Shown in pieces: positions 13,858 to 28,500 of a stretch of 64,000 nucleotides of DNA. The position numbers and the translations under genes were made by a program. The notes beneath the pieces were generated by a model. It was not told the DNA's origin and ran no database searches. It saw nothing but the letters and a program-made list of their open reading frames with translations. The DNA lies in NCBI GenBank assembly GCA_964270895.1, contig OZ185436.1; one strand, written 5' to 3'. The stretch is from Podarcis filfolensis (taxonomy: Eukaryota). Within the stretch, counting starts at the first letter, position 1. Every line of letters begins with the position of its first letter.

Positions 13858-14483
13858 TTATAAGAAAAGTTATGCCCTGAAATGACACTGGCATTGCCAG
13901 TGAAAGCCACAGAAATGTACAGGGTTTTGTTGGATTTTGCAGGGCATCCCAGGCTGTGTTACAGAAGTGATCTCATCTCTTCACAACATCCATAGACAAA
14001 GCAGATGGAGTGACACCTGTTCTTGGGCCTACTCTACTAGTAAGACTGAGGCATCAAGGAAGGCTGGTTTACATAGTAAAAAGCAAGGAATCTAAGCACT
14101 CTGCCTTGTGTGTTTCATCTGCAATTCAGAAGTAGGCTTAGCCATAGCAGACTGTCATAGAGTGCAACCATTTTCCCATGCAGGCACCAGACGATACCCT
14201 CTTAGTATCCATCCATTAGGGGGCGCTTGTTTGCAGTGTCAGTCACTTATGAATCTTGAATTTTAAAATCCCATTCTGATGGTAAGATGTTTTTTTATAG
14301 GCAGAGAAAGGAATTTGGTTATAACCCTGATCTTTTGAGAGTTCCAGGTCACTGTGTGTTAGCCAGAAGTTCATTCATGTTCAGTGGAATGCTATATTTG
14401 ACTTGCTGAAGGTTTAAAGTTCTTACAAGGATAGATAAACACATAGCTACTGAAGTATGAAATACATTCAATACATGAAGTTA

Positions 14484-14726
14484 CAGTGGTACCTTGGTTA
14501 TCAAACAGCTTAGTTGACAAACAAATTGGCTCCCGAATGCCAAAAACCTGGAAGTAAGTGTTCCAGTTTCCGAAGGTTTATCGGAAGCTGAATGTCCGAC
14601 GCCACTTCTGCTTGAGTGCAGGAAGCTCCTGTAGCCAATCAGAAGCTGTGCCTTGGGTTTTTTAACGGTTTTGGGAGTCGAATGGACGTCTGGAATGGAT
14701 TAAGTTCAAGAACCAAGGTTCTACTG
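14484..14726. mobile_element. Tc1/mariner MITE, older copy
   Basis: TIRs cagtggtaccttggtt / aaccaaggttctactg; TA on both sides. Confidence 0.8.
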
Positions 14727-16673
14727 TATAATACACCTGAACCTCCCAGGACTGTGTTGAAATTGCAGAGTTAAGCAGCAGTGATTAGTGCTGAGCTTAA
14801 GTTTTTCACATAAGACTATGATAGAAATCCGGGAGAAGCTTCATGAAAAGCATGCCCATTTTCATCTTTTTTTCTTTTCTTTGGCTGTTTGAAGCTAGAT
14901 GGCACATGCTGAGCCAGCAGACAACCCACCTAATCCATCCTAATGATGATTGTCAAGGTGGTCTGTGGCAGACACCACTATTAATTTTTATCTCGGAATG
15001 CACTTTACATTGGGGGCATTTTGGGAAAAGAAATGTGGCAGCTGGAGGCTTGCTACAGCATTGAGAACTCTGGCAAATTTTGTGCCCACCCCCCAAAATA
15101 TTCCTTCATACTCCTCTGAAAATTGCAAGAATTAGCCTGTTCCCCACCTGCTCTTGGAGGAGTGTTTTTGATTCAGGATGAGCAGCAACACACAGCAGCC
15201 AACCTCCAGTGAGAAAATAGCTATGGTAGATTATTACAATTTATTATTTGGTCTGGGAATAAAGTAGAAGAGAGGGAGAGAGAGAGATTTGGCTGTGCCA
15301 TTTGCATGCCAGCTCCTGCAATTAATGTGGCTTTCTCCAGTTCTCAGAACTCAACAATATTATTTTTGTTTGCTTTTGTACAAATCTTATATTATTGACC
15401 ATTTGATTTACATCAGAAACCAGGGCAGCAATTACGCAGTGTGAGTAGCCACTGGACTTTTAAAGCTCCCTTGCCTCGGCTTTTGCTGATGCAGAGTGCT
15501 GATAAAATGAGGGCGTCTATCAAGCATATGAACAATGAGCACAGGGGAAATCAGTGATTGCAGCAACCGGAGGCTGGGATTCAGTTTTGCTTTTCAGTTT
15601 TGCTTCGTCAACAGCTAGGATGCAAAACTAGTCTTTGCAGCTGGGTGTTTGGGGTTTTTTCCTTTTTTCCTTTTGGCCAAATGTAACTGGGGCTAGAAAT
15701 GCTCCATAGGTAGGTGAAGAGTTTAAAAGAATGAAGCCAGGTCCCTCTGCATATATTGAGAGGCAGAAGAACCCGGGCCCATGCCTATCACCAGGCCAAG
15801 TGGGCTGATTAGGATTACCAGTGGCCCAGAAAAATAAAGAAAGGGATTTAAAAATCCCATCTAGGGGTTGTCTAGCATGACACCAGGCTGGGCTGGAGGG
15901 AGTACCTTGAAGACTGAAACTGGCTTGTCTGTCTGATTGCCTGGTCATCTGTCACTCAAGCCAAAACACACTCTTTTCCTATCTTTTTGCTTATTCCTTG
16001 AGGTCAGAAGTTGTGTAAGGAATTCAAGGAATGGAGCAGGTGAACAGAGACAGAAATTCTAAGACAACAGCAGCAGTGCTATCACAGAAGCCCAAGAGCT
16101 AGTGGTGAAGCCTATGTAGGGAACTTCTGCTCATGTCCTCTGATTTTTGGGTGTGTATAAGTGTGCTTTGGTTTAGTTTTGCTGGTTTTACTAGAGCTAG
16201 GTATGTATGAGTGGGCTGGGCAAGAAAGGTGCATCATCCTTCTTGCAAAATGTTACATATGCCGTTAGCATGTGCAAGGAGCAGATCACTCTGGGACAGC
16301 AAGGCATCTAGAGTAAGCATTTTCTATCACCCATCTTGTGATAATGGGCCCAGAGGCTGATAATGTATGCTGTGGGGAAGGGATAAGTTTCTCTAAAGAA
16401 CCTTGGATTTCAATTGCTGCTGCAATGCTATTATCATTAGAATCTCTTGCGATGCAACTGCAGCAGTGAGAACTCCAAACCCTTAAGTGTTTGGTGTTAA
16501 GCAGATAAGAGGTCAGAAATCATCGCAAATGGAATAATAAGTTGTCTCCATATACTCTCTGCTGATTTATAACAGCAAGACAGAAGAGGGCAGAAACTTG
16601 ACAGCATGGTAGGATGAAAGACCCACCAGATTCTGTGTGTGACTTGGTAGTCTGTACATCTACTCAAACTTTA

Positions 16674-16961
<288 letters not shown>

Positions 16962-17958
16962 TCAGCTGTCCTCCCTCCACCTCACTTAGTTTGCAGCAAG
17001 GCCTGTCATACCACCAAGAGTATATGATTTGTGTTGGGCTACCCTTTAGAACCAGGCAACAAAAGTTCATAGGCTGGTTGGCTCTATTAACCAAGAAATC
17101 ATTGGACTTCTTCTTTCTTTCTTTCTTTCCTGCCAGGGGAACTGCAAGCAGTGAGCAAAAGCTGCTAAGACCTAAGGCCAGCTCATGCTGTTGGCGGGTT
17201 TTCTCCAGTCCTAACCTGCCCAAATACATGTTCTATCAAATACATGAGACATCAACCTGCTGTGCCATTCATATAAGATACTTCTGAAGGACCCCTGGGA
17301 TCTCTGAGGAGGAACGGCAGGCTATAAATATGGTTAGACAGACAGACAGACATCTTTTTCTGCTCTGCTAGTTTTAACTGGCTGCTTTTGCATTTTAAAG
17401 GGGGAAGATGAAAGGAAACTCTTTCTTCAAACACACTGGGTTGTATCCAATGCTGTGCACAGGAAGTTCTGCTCAAATCAAAACACTTCTTAAACAAATG
17501 TTAAAGAGCTGTAGTTCTCCCCCCCACCACACCCTTTCCGCAACAAAGTGCTAACTTAAGGGTGTGTCACAAAGATACCTTACTTATCCTCATCAACTAA
17601 CATGGAACTTTATTATTGCCAGGGACTTTAACTAAGAGACCCTGACAAAAAATACAAGTTTCGCAGAAGTAATTACACAGGATATGACGAGTCAACAGGT
17701 AGAGGGATGAGACAGAATCAGAAGAAGAATTTCTAAAGTGGCAACGTTGGTAGGTTTGCTATAAGTAGCACTGAGGTGGGCTTGGGTGATTTTCTCTTCC
17801 AAAACTGATGCATGAGACATTGGAAAGGGGTTAAGAAAAAGCTGCTTTGGCTGCAATATTGCATCTTTTCTGCTCTGCCTTTGCTTCAGGAAGACTGATT
17901 CCTAATCTCCAGACTGTTCCGGAATTCCAGACAGCAAGCAATGACGGCTGTTTTCTCA

Positions 17959-18060
<102 letters not shown>

Positions 18061-19000
18061 CTATAGCAAGAATATTAGCAAAACAAAGATTGAATGGACT
18101 TTTCAGATCCACATATCATGCATCTCTCATCCCAGTAGCTCCTCACACTAAGACAAGCTGAAATTGCAATTGCCTATTCAGTGGGTTCCCAAAGGCAGTT
18201 CAATACAATGGACCAATGGACCATCATGCCTCAGGGAAAAGATGGAAGCTGAGGTAGTCTGATTACACTTGCAGGTCAACATCCCCATTCTATCCTCTCC
18301 TCAGCCTAACTTGCTCTGAGGGATATTCTAACATTTTCTCTTTCTTCATGTATCTTGCTCGCATTCTAAAACATTTAGCTAGGTATTGTCCTAATAACTG
18401 CCCCACTTTGAGGAAATACCCCACACACTAGTACACTACCCCTCAATTCAGGGGTTGGGAACCTGAGGCCTAAGGGTTAAATATGGCCCTCCAGAATTCT
18501 CTCAAAATTCTGCCTAGTAGGCCACACCCCTCACTGACCCTACTGTGCCCTCTTCCTTACGTGTTTTTGCATGACTGTATGGAGGATAGGGGGGTGTGTG
18601 TGTGTAGAAACTAGCCTGCTGTACAAAGATAAATTTTCATTCATTGCTCCACCCACTTCTGCCTCTGCCCCTCCCCTTGATGCCCTCAAGCTTGTCCAGA
18701 AGGGAATACGGCCCTTGGGCTGGAAAGGGTTACCTGTCCCTGCCTTAATCCTTTCTGAGGAGAAGCCATGTTGGGCTAGGTGTGTAGAGGATGGAAACTT
18801 GACAGTCCCTTGCCCCAGCAAGGCTGACTGTGAATGCAGAAAGCTGGCAAGTGACAAGGTGGCCTACTATCTGCGGGCAGCTGCAAAGGCAAGCAGTGAG
18901 TGGTTCCCACTGGCCCACAACCCATGTCATTTCAAACTGGATCCCTTCTGAAAGGCTGAGCCAACCCCCTTAGATGTCCAAAAGGGTGCATCAGGGTATA

Positions 19001-19242
19001 CAGTGGTACCTCAGGTTAAATACTTAATTCGTTCCGGAGGTCCGTACTTAACCTGAAACTGTTCTTAACCTGAAGCACCACTTTAGCTAATGGGGCCTCC
19101 TGCTGCCGCCGCACCGCCAAAGCACAATTTCTGTTCTCATCCTGAAGCAAAGTTCTTAACCTGAAGCACTATTTCTGGGTTAGCGGAGTCCGTAACCTGA
19201 AGCGTATGTAACCTGAAGCGTATGTAACCTGAGGTACCACTG
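19001..19242. mobile_element. Tc1/mariner MITE with internal taacctgaa repeats
   Basis: TIRs cagtggtacctcaggtta / taacctgaggtaccactg (18 bp, perfect); TA flanks. Confidence 0.9.
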
Positions 19243-19457
19243 TATACTAAAAGACCACTCTAGATTGTTTGGCAGTATACTCAGGAACTGTCCTGTTTGT
19301 GACTGATCATTAATCTACATTACACAACATCCAGATTACAGTCAAGAGTGTATCATGCATTTCTCTTGTATCAGATGCAGAGGTTGTCTGCAGTGCCCTT
19401 CTCTCACACTGTACACATGAAGCATCTAAAGTTGAGTGAACTTAGTTGTGGCACTTA

Positions 19458-19787
<330 letters not shown>

Positions 19788-20786
19788 CTATGCTGAGGAG
19801 GCTGGCCAAACATTTAGATGGAGAATAACTGACTCATTTTCTCCTGTCTGTACTCCATTTGCAAAAATGGGATATCACTGTTCTTGAGCAGCACCATCCT
19901 ACTGCTTGACCCCGTTCAGTGAATCTCCAAGCAACAGAAATATCTGCAGCTCACCAGTGTTCCTTTTATTTTCCCTTATTGAGAATCTCAAATTTTCAAT
20001 GCTGACTGAGCACTACTGTCTCAGCCAATGAAAACACTGGCTTCCAAACTCTGGGTCCAACAATCTATTCAGGTGATTCACAACAAGCATCAATGAGAAA
20101 ATGTATAGCTCTTCTTAAATTTCAGGATGTTATGTGTGGAATCTTTACAAATGCAGAATTTAGAAGACTAAAGTACAGAATGCAGCGCTGAGACTTCCTC
20201 CTTCTTACATTCCATGGTGCAGCATCTGATGTTGTGCTAGGACCAGCAAGTACACATTAAGAACATTTTCCCCAGCAGGAGATTGAACGATGACCTCGCT
20301 TGCAAATTGAAGGGCATCTAAGTTTCAAACTACACTGGACAATGGCAAAGGCCTGATTTCTAAGCTAAAATGTATGCAAGCAGGTCTGGGATGCTAAGTC
20401 ACCTGCCAACCACTTACCTTCATGCAGCCTTTCCTGCAAGGCAGTTGATGGACTCTCTTTCTATATCAGAGCCCAACTTTTGGGAAAGTGGCAGTTGGGA
20501 AAAGGTTGTGGGGAGGAAAGTGGTTGGCAACAGATGAAACCTTAAAGACTAATAGATTTTATTTTGGTAGCATACACTTTCATGCACCTTTGTATATGAC
20601 AAAATCAATGCAAGCTGATGCTCCAAATAAGTATGTTACTCTTTAAAGTTCCACAAGACTGTTGCTTTTGCTGCAACAAGCTAACATAGCTACCTCTGCA
20701 AGTACAAATGCAATATGAACTGGTTGTGTAAATCCACCCTTTAGTACACTGACTGCACAGCAAACATCTGTAACTCTGCAACTTAC

Positions 20787-20946
20787 CCAGGTCCATGTCC
20801 CCTGCCTTAGGTCTCTGTGAGTAAGGGACTCCTTTATACACAGCATCCAAAAGCTTCTCCTTCACTTGTGTGATGGTGTCACAGTTTAGAACCTTGACTG
20901 GGATCTCGGGAGCATTTTCATTCTCAGGGTTCACACAGTTCAGTGT
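20787..20946 (-). CDS. PLXNA1: PLXNA1 exon ~25 (RBD): [53 protein letters not shown]
   Basis: 160 nt; TAG acceptor; GTAAG donor. Confidence 0.97.
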
Positions 20947-21144
20947 CTATATGAGAGAAAAAGGTAAATATATTTGCATGATGGGATTTGCCACATTGCA
21001 CTATGGTTGCATATTGGGGGAATGCAAGAGGGAAATGGCCAAGAGAATGAGAAGTCATCAAACTGCCTTGGAAGCTTTACCCCCTTTTCCAGTCATTAGG
21101 TTGGAAATTTTGGGGAATGCAAAATTTTGCAGTGGAATTTCTTA

Positions 21145-21354
<210 letters not shown>

Positions 21355-21480
21355 CTAAAGAGAAGGGAGGAAGACAGGGCATTAGATAGAACATCCCTTG
21401 AAATACCTAAAATAAGCAGCTGTTTCCAAATCAAACTTGAATTGGAGGCTGATTTTATTAAACACTACTTCCATGTAATA

Positions 21481-21525
<45 letters not shown>
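21481..21525. repeat. (AAT)15 microsatellite
   Basis: Read directly. Confidence 0.95.
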
Positions 21526-22317
21526 TTGCTGGACCCTGGAGAACATGCTTCAAATGTATATACAGAAATGACCAGTGTTGTAGTAAGATCAAAGTTTGGC
21601 TAATGATTACGGTATGTTGTTTAGTACCTTTGGATCTTGCTCCATTTGCTTTCATATGGTATCTCCTTTGACCCCTATCTTGCCCAGAAAAGCCATTCTT
21701 TGGAAAATCTTATCAGAAAAATCCTACTCTTTGCAAAATACAAGTCAATTGTTTCAGTTGGCTTTTCACACAAACAAAATAATGGACAAGGTGTTTTCTG
21801 AATATATGCCAGCTATTAATGCTGAGGTACATGATGGTTTGAGAAACAAAGCAGTGAAAAAGCATGTGTGAACTTTATAAATTCTAGAACTTCACCGAAG
21901 ATCACTGATCTACAGGGATTATAACCCTAATTTCCCCCCAAAGTGTAGGCTCAGTTGGGCAGCACAAAATATCCAATACATGGGGATGGACAAGGCATGA
22001 GCAAAGACTTCATAAGATAAAGTAGACCATAAAGGGCTATCTCAAGTGGTTGTTCAGCAGGTATCTGGGTTGACTGATGTGGTTTTCTACAAGTTTTTCT
22101 GCAAATTAATTCTCCATGTTCATTCTTACCCATTATTGGATCAAGTCAATGAGCCATATAACCTAGAATCAATCTCCGACAATAGCCAGGACCTGGTTCT
22201 TCAGAAAAGGATATATGACAACTGCAAAACAATCCATTAACTATTGTTCACTCAGAGCTTCCAGCACTATGAAGTTAAGAGACAAGCTGGACATAAATCT
22301 GCCTTCCTCTACATTGA

Positions 22318-22395
22318 TGGGGAAACTGGCCCTCCAAATGTTGTCAGACTCCACCTCCCATCAGTCCCAGGCAGCATGGTCAATAGTCAGGAATG
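22318..22395. mobile_element. Half copy of the palindromic hAT-type MITE
   Basis: gggaaactggccctccaaatgttgtcagactccacctcccatcagtccc matches the arm of the 56420 copy. Confidence 0.5.
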
Positions 22396-24927
22396 GATTT
22401 GTATATCCTCTATGAATTTGTCTCATCAGTTCAAAAAAATCCAGATTCTACAACTCTCCACAGCCATGTGCCTCATAAGTAAATCCTTAGATACGTGAAA
22501 TAAATGCTTCCTGTTGTTTCTTCCTCACTTACTAAATGGTCACACAATTTCATTTTAACAATAAAAGAAATGGAAGTCTGTGATTGTTGTGCAATTAAAA
22601 GTTAAGGACAAGACAGTAAACAAAAGGAGCCAGTAGACTCCCAGCTGAAAAAGTGTCAACCTCAGCAGTCAGGTGTGTATGATTAAAATGGACTGGAAGT
22701 GAGGTGCTGAAGCAGGGGAGAAGAGATGGAAATTAATAGGATGAGTGTGAAAGACATTTGAGAAGGTGAGGGGGGAACTAGAGAGACATCACTCTGAAAA
22801 CTATTATCAGTGGATTGAGACATTAACTTCAACAGTGTTTGGATCAGACGTATAGTAATGCTACATAGCTGGTCCCCAGGAGTGTTTCAGTATTTTCTTG
22901 TGCAATCTTTTATGCCAACTAGGGTGAAGATGAAAACAGGAGGGGTAGAGACAAAAATCCCAAGTGACCTCAGTCCTGCCACCTCTTCCCCAGCTGGCCA
23001 CCATCAAAACAAATTCTACTTTGGTGCAAAGTGCATCTCCTCTCTCTGCCACCATATGCTGTTAGCATCTCGTTAGCATCTGCAGTAATTAAAGAGACAG
23101 CTGCTAACGAGCAAGAACAGGCATACATCATCCCTAGACCTACCGACAACACGCCTGTCTTTGAAATTATGTTTCATTTGCAAACTTGGCTTCATTAAGT
23201 CAGCTTGGGAAAGAAAGAGAGAGAGAGAACCAATGTGGGTGCTATGCTGTTTATTAATAACTGTCTTGTCTCCTCATAATGCACAAGCCAAATGATGGCC
23301 GTACATTAACAGGCATGCATGGCAATTACACTCCAGCATGGCAAGACTCTCCCATTTTTGCCTGCCTTCCTCCCTTTTCAGGTGAGGCCAGAAATTCAAG
23401 CCTCTTCCAAGGAGGGCTTTTATTACTTATAAAAGCTAACTGCAAACCATTCAGGCACAAAAAAGCAACACAGATGGAGAATAAATTGAAGATGGCTCCT
23501 TGGTCATATCTTGTTTGTCTGTTGTGATCTCTCATCAAACAGTTTTCTCCCACTTGCAGTCAGCTGAGGAGCCATGCATTGCTTGAGAGCCGAGGTGCCT
23601 GACCTGTTATCAGGGCTGTTTAAAGGCACTCTTGAGAGCAGTGGATTGCTTTTTACCTTTTGATCACCTCTGAAGACTACCCCTGTTTTAATGTTCTCAG
23701 TCCTGAGAGGTTCTGGATACTGCGTCTTATACAATGGACAACAGACAGAGAGGGCTTCGTGTTCTTTAAAACTTGGGGTAAGTATTAACTAGTTAATTAC
23801 GTTTGGTAACTGCTCTTGAACTGTCTGACTCCCAGCTACAAAAGTGCAGTTGGGCAGGTTGCCATAATCATGCAATAGTAGAAGAACTTTCCCTAAGAAT
23901 TAGCAGGTTCAATATCTGTTTGCAAAGGGAAGTGGGAGGATTTGGCATGGATCTGCTAGAGAGCAGATTGTGGTTTCAAGCTAACAGTGATACACCCATT
24001 TAAAACAGGCCACTGAATCTGCTCTAGCAAAGCCAACAGTGAGCTCAGTAGATCAACTTTATGCCAAATGATGTGTTAGCCAGCTCTTTCTTATTTACGG
24101 GAAGGCTATCACACATACTGACTCCAGGATAACCTGCTTTGGCTCTTTGCCACTTTTATTAAGTCTCCAAACACAAAAGATGAAATTACTTTTGCCTTCT
24201 CTTAAAGGAGGTACATGGGCAAATAGGGTTCACAAAGCATTTGGTTGGGCCCCTCATTGCACCAGGTCCATGCCAGGCTTGCTGAGAGATCTGTAGGTGC
24301 GGTATGTGCTGGAGGCATGAATGGTACCTGCCAGGTATGCTGATATCACTGGCAGGCACCAGATGGGTTGGCTACATGGAGAAGGCAAGTGAAATCCGGA
24401 TGGATCCCACTATAGAATAAATCAGTGAGTGTCTATGGGGGTAGAGGATAATTACATTCAGTCCACATTTTTAAACAAACCAACCTAATTCGCACCTCCT
24501 GGACTAATATACAGATTGGAATGCAATTATTATTCAGATGTTGCACATCTCTGTATTTTATGACTCAAAATATGCACCAAAATGTGTAAAAAAGTATTAA
24601 TGGCATATTTTAACATAAAACATGTTTAGAAATGCATACTTTTAGAAAAAATTCATATTTAAATAAGCTTTTTGTGATAAAATATGTATTTCAATAATGT
24701 GTAAATATTAATTTTCATAGAGAATCTTTTAAAAACCACAGATTAATGTGGAAATGGGATGGAACAGACTTATAAACACAGGCAAAGTTGAAGCAGACTG
24801 GAAATAAAATGGTTCTGTCCATCCTTGGTCTTCAACACTCTGAATACTGTCTAAGACTGGCCAAAATCCCAAATCTCTCCCCCACCACACACATTTTGCA
24901 AACCCCCATAATTTGGTGACTTTCTGT

Positions 24928-25515
24928 CTGGACTACTGTAATGTAATGTGCTGTATAAGGACCTGCCCTTGAAGAAAGTCCAGAGGCTATAGTCAGTACA
25001 GAATGAGGCTGCTAGTTTGGTAACTGGGGCAGTCCAATGAGACCATGTGTCGCTAGTTCCGAAAGCACTGCACTGAGTGCCAATGAGCTACTGGCACAAT
25101 TGAAGGTGTTAGTGCCAGCATATGAAACCTTAAATGACCCAAGGATCCAAAAGAGCACCTTCCCCATTATCACCTATCTCAGCCCCAATGAACATCTAGT
25201 GAGGACTTGTTGGCTGTGACTGAGGGAAGGGGGCTGCGACCTATGACAGGGCTTTTTCAGTGATGGCTCTGTTCATGGAATGCCATGGTTAGGTGTGATT
25301 GTCTCTATCACTATTGACTTTCAGGAGGAGTTTGAAAATACTGCTGTTTACCCAGGCATTTGACAGCTGAAGGACAGTGCTCCTGGCAACTGCAAAATCA
25401 CTGGATGAGAGAATGTTTTTAACCATAGCTGTTTTCAGGATGCTTTAAAAAAATGTTTTGTTGTGGATGTGGCTTGCTGCCATGGGCTCCTTTAGGAGGA
25501 AGGATGGGATATTAA
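24928..25515 (+). mobile_element. L2 LINE 3' fragment (end of ORF2 plus 3' UTR), decayed
   Basis: Translates as LDYCN...LPLKKVQRL*SVQNEAASLVTG, the typical L2 ORF2 C-terminal motif LDYCN/LQLVQNAAARL. Confidence 0.75.
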
Positions 25516-28500
25516 TAGATAAGTATAAAATAGTAACTAAACCCATAAAACCAGGCAAAGGTAACTTGGCATCTTTAGGCAAGGACTTATGTTAACACCA
25601 CATGCTCCCCAACAGCTTTGGAGCAGGAATTATGTGCTGATCTGCAAAGATGAGAAGCACTTTAGCAGCTAACAGCGAGACACCAGCCAGCACCTACCAC
25701 ATAGCTCTAACAACCTCTCTGTGCAAGGAGACAATGCTTTTCCTGCGCTCATCATAAGTCTGCGCTCAATCTTTTAAAAATGACATAGACCAAAACACAC
25801 TTTTATGCGACAGGACAGTGACTGCACAGTCAGTATGGGATGAGCTTTTAGAATTCACGGCTCTGAGCCCAGTTCCTGGAAGGAATGGATCTGAGGCAAA
25901 ACCAAACATTTGAGCATAAAATACAAAACAAAACACGAAGAAAGCCACCGATAACTTGCTGAGATGGCTCCTCCCCAAACCCTGGAAGTATGGCAGTTCC
26001 AGCACATAGCCCAGCCTTCCTCAATTTAGCCTGGTGCCTTCCAGATGTTTTGGAGTGAAATTCCCATCAGCCCCTGCCAGTTTGTATAATCCAAAACATC
26101 AAGAGGGTACCACAATGAGGAAAGCTAACATAGGATTCTATCCAATGCAAAACCTACTCAGAGTAGGCACATTAAAAGTAATGGTCGTTAGTAACTTAGA
26201 TAGAGTAGACCTATCAAAATGAATCTATTTCATTTCCTTTCAACTATTTGTATACTGCTTAATCACAATCATCGCTAAGCAGCGTACAAGAAGCCAAATA
26301 CAGTAAGCTTCAAGGCCAACTAGGGATTTCAACTCTGGTTCTCCCAGCCCAGTACTGTAACCACTACTCCGAACTCTTACTGAAAACACCACAATCTCTG
26401 GTAGAGATGTTTCCAGGTCCTCTGACCCAATATCCTTTTAACTGGAGATTCCAGAGCTTGAATCTTCTGCATGCTCTACCACTGATCAGTTGGCCCTCTC
26501 TGACACAAATGCAGGGCTGAGATCTCACAAATAAACTGAAGGATCCAGAGGCCTGCTCTGCTCTGCAAATGTTGTCTGCAAATGTTTCCATTACCTTTGT
26601 TCCACTGACAACTCAGCACTGTTTCCAGGACTTCTCCTATCTACAGCTTTCCCTGGCCAATATTAAGTAGGCACAGTGGCTGTAGACCCCAGCTCCTGCG
26701 AAAAGCAGAAGGGCCAAAAGACCAAATGCTCTTGAGAAGAGCACCTCCTTTAACCTTCAACAGATTAAGAGAAGCTGCAGGATGCAGAGTAAAGTGTAAA
26801 CATTGGCATTTGCATATGAGTGCCTGCGTATGTGGAGAGAAAGCCTGAAGCAGCATGAGCCAAACTATCTAACGCTCACAGTGTCTTATTGATGAGATTT
26901 AGCTCATCAGGCACCTAATATTGTGCATTTTTCAATGCTCCTCTTTATCTGCTTCGCTCTCCCATTCCCTGGGATGGCTCATTAGGAGGCTGATGAATGG
27001 CGCTCGAGGCCTCAACAAAAGCACCACTGCCCGGGCCTGCCGATTCGATGCCTGCGTGTCCCTACCTCTGCCACAAACAACACCTGGGCAGCCAGGATGA
27101 AGGAAGCGGGGAGAGGACAGAGAGAAGGGAGAAGAAGAGCAGCACATTGATCTCGGCCTTCAGTGGTGCTGAATCAATATATCATTTCCCTTACAGATGA
27201 TTGGCAGGGTTTCTTTTCATTCCTTTAAGGGCCTTGTGCTGTTGCTGTGTAGCTGTCACAAGAGGCTAGCTAATGCTACATGCTTGTATGCTACACCTAT
27301 TGTGAGTGTTCATCTCATGAAGGGCTCAGGCTGGAGATAAGCGCTGAGCTATGGGAGAGCAGAGCTCGGCTCTATATAGCAGCAAGAGTTGCATCCTGAT
27401 TGTGAGCCCCGCTGCCCATACTGGAAGGTGCTGCTTTGAGTAGAGTCCTCTCCAGCAGAGCTACTTCTGCAATGGAGAGGGAGAGTCTGGTCTCACTAGG
27501 TCTTCAACAGAGTTCTCTGAGTTGAAGGATGGCAGTGTCACATCCTTTGACTGATGGGACACTGGTCCCCGCAAGCTTGTTGGGTAGCAGCACTTCTGAA
27601 CTGGCCACATATGCTCTCCCTCTTCTGACCTGGAGTCCTTAGCTCCACCACCTCTTCTGGTCCCTGACACACCCATGGGAATAATTCGTGCCTATCTGAG
27701 GACATATGGGCCAACCAGCAAGTGTATAAACATAAGCCAAATCTGGGAGGTATCCTTAGTGCTGCAAATCAGAGGTGCTCCTACAAACCCTTCCCTACAG
27801 GAAAGGCAGTAAATATAAGATACCACCATTCTTTCTTTCCTTTGTTTTGGTCATCAACAGCTCATTTTGACCCAAGGACACAAACTCATGCCCCAGCTGC
27901 AGAGGCATTCCCTTGTCAGGTCCTTCTCCAAAGACATGTTTTTGCAAAAATTCACCAAAGGCTACACACACAAAAATGCAAGTACGTTCACTTGCTGGAT
28001 TTGCACGTGCTTTTGCTACAGTGTGGGGTGGGACCATATATTTCCCTGCTGGCAAAGTGCTTGTGGGGAAGCCTGTTTCAAGTATCTTGACTACTACTTC
28101 TCATTTCACAACCACCTGCAATCCTCACCCCTTTAAAGCTACTCAGAGAAATGATATTCTAGACATCAGTTGATGGGAGCTGTCTCTTGCTGCTGGTTAC
28201 ATACATTGCTCTTTTGTACTGAGGAGACTGGAACACGGAGCAGGGTAAAGGTAGGTGGCTGCAACCGTGGTGCACTTGGCTCAAATGACAATGGCTCGTA
28301 TGAGATGTAATGGTTGAAGAGCTCTAAGAACCAAGTCTGAACACGATGAACTAAACTACAAATTTACATCATAGTCAGCAATAGCATGTCTATAGGGAAT
28401 GCACCCTTCTATTGTCTAGGGAAATTCTCATTCTCATTCTCCTTCATAAACCCTCAAACTAAAACTTGCCATATGGTCAGTTTTTGACCAGTCTGTTTTT

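Noticed and set aside
20418-20433. Perfect donor AAG|GTAAGT with possible 16-, 43- or 59-nt exons upstream
   Set aside because: All candidate acceptors are weak and none preserves the frame. About one such 8-mer is expected by chance.
24390-24830. AT-rich blocks here and at about 52700-53000 as possible DNA-transposon interiors
   Set aside because: I could not define TIRs, TSDs or a family with confidence.
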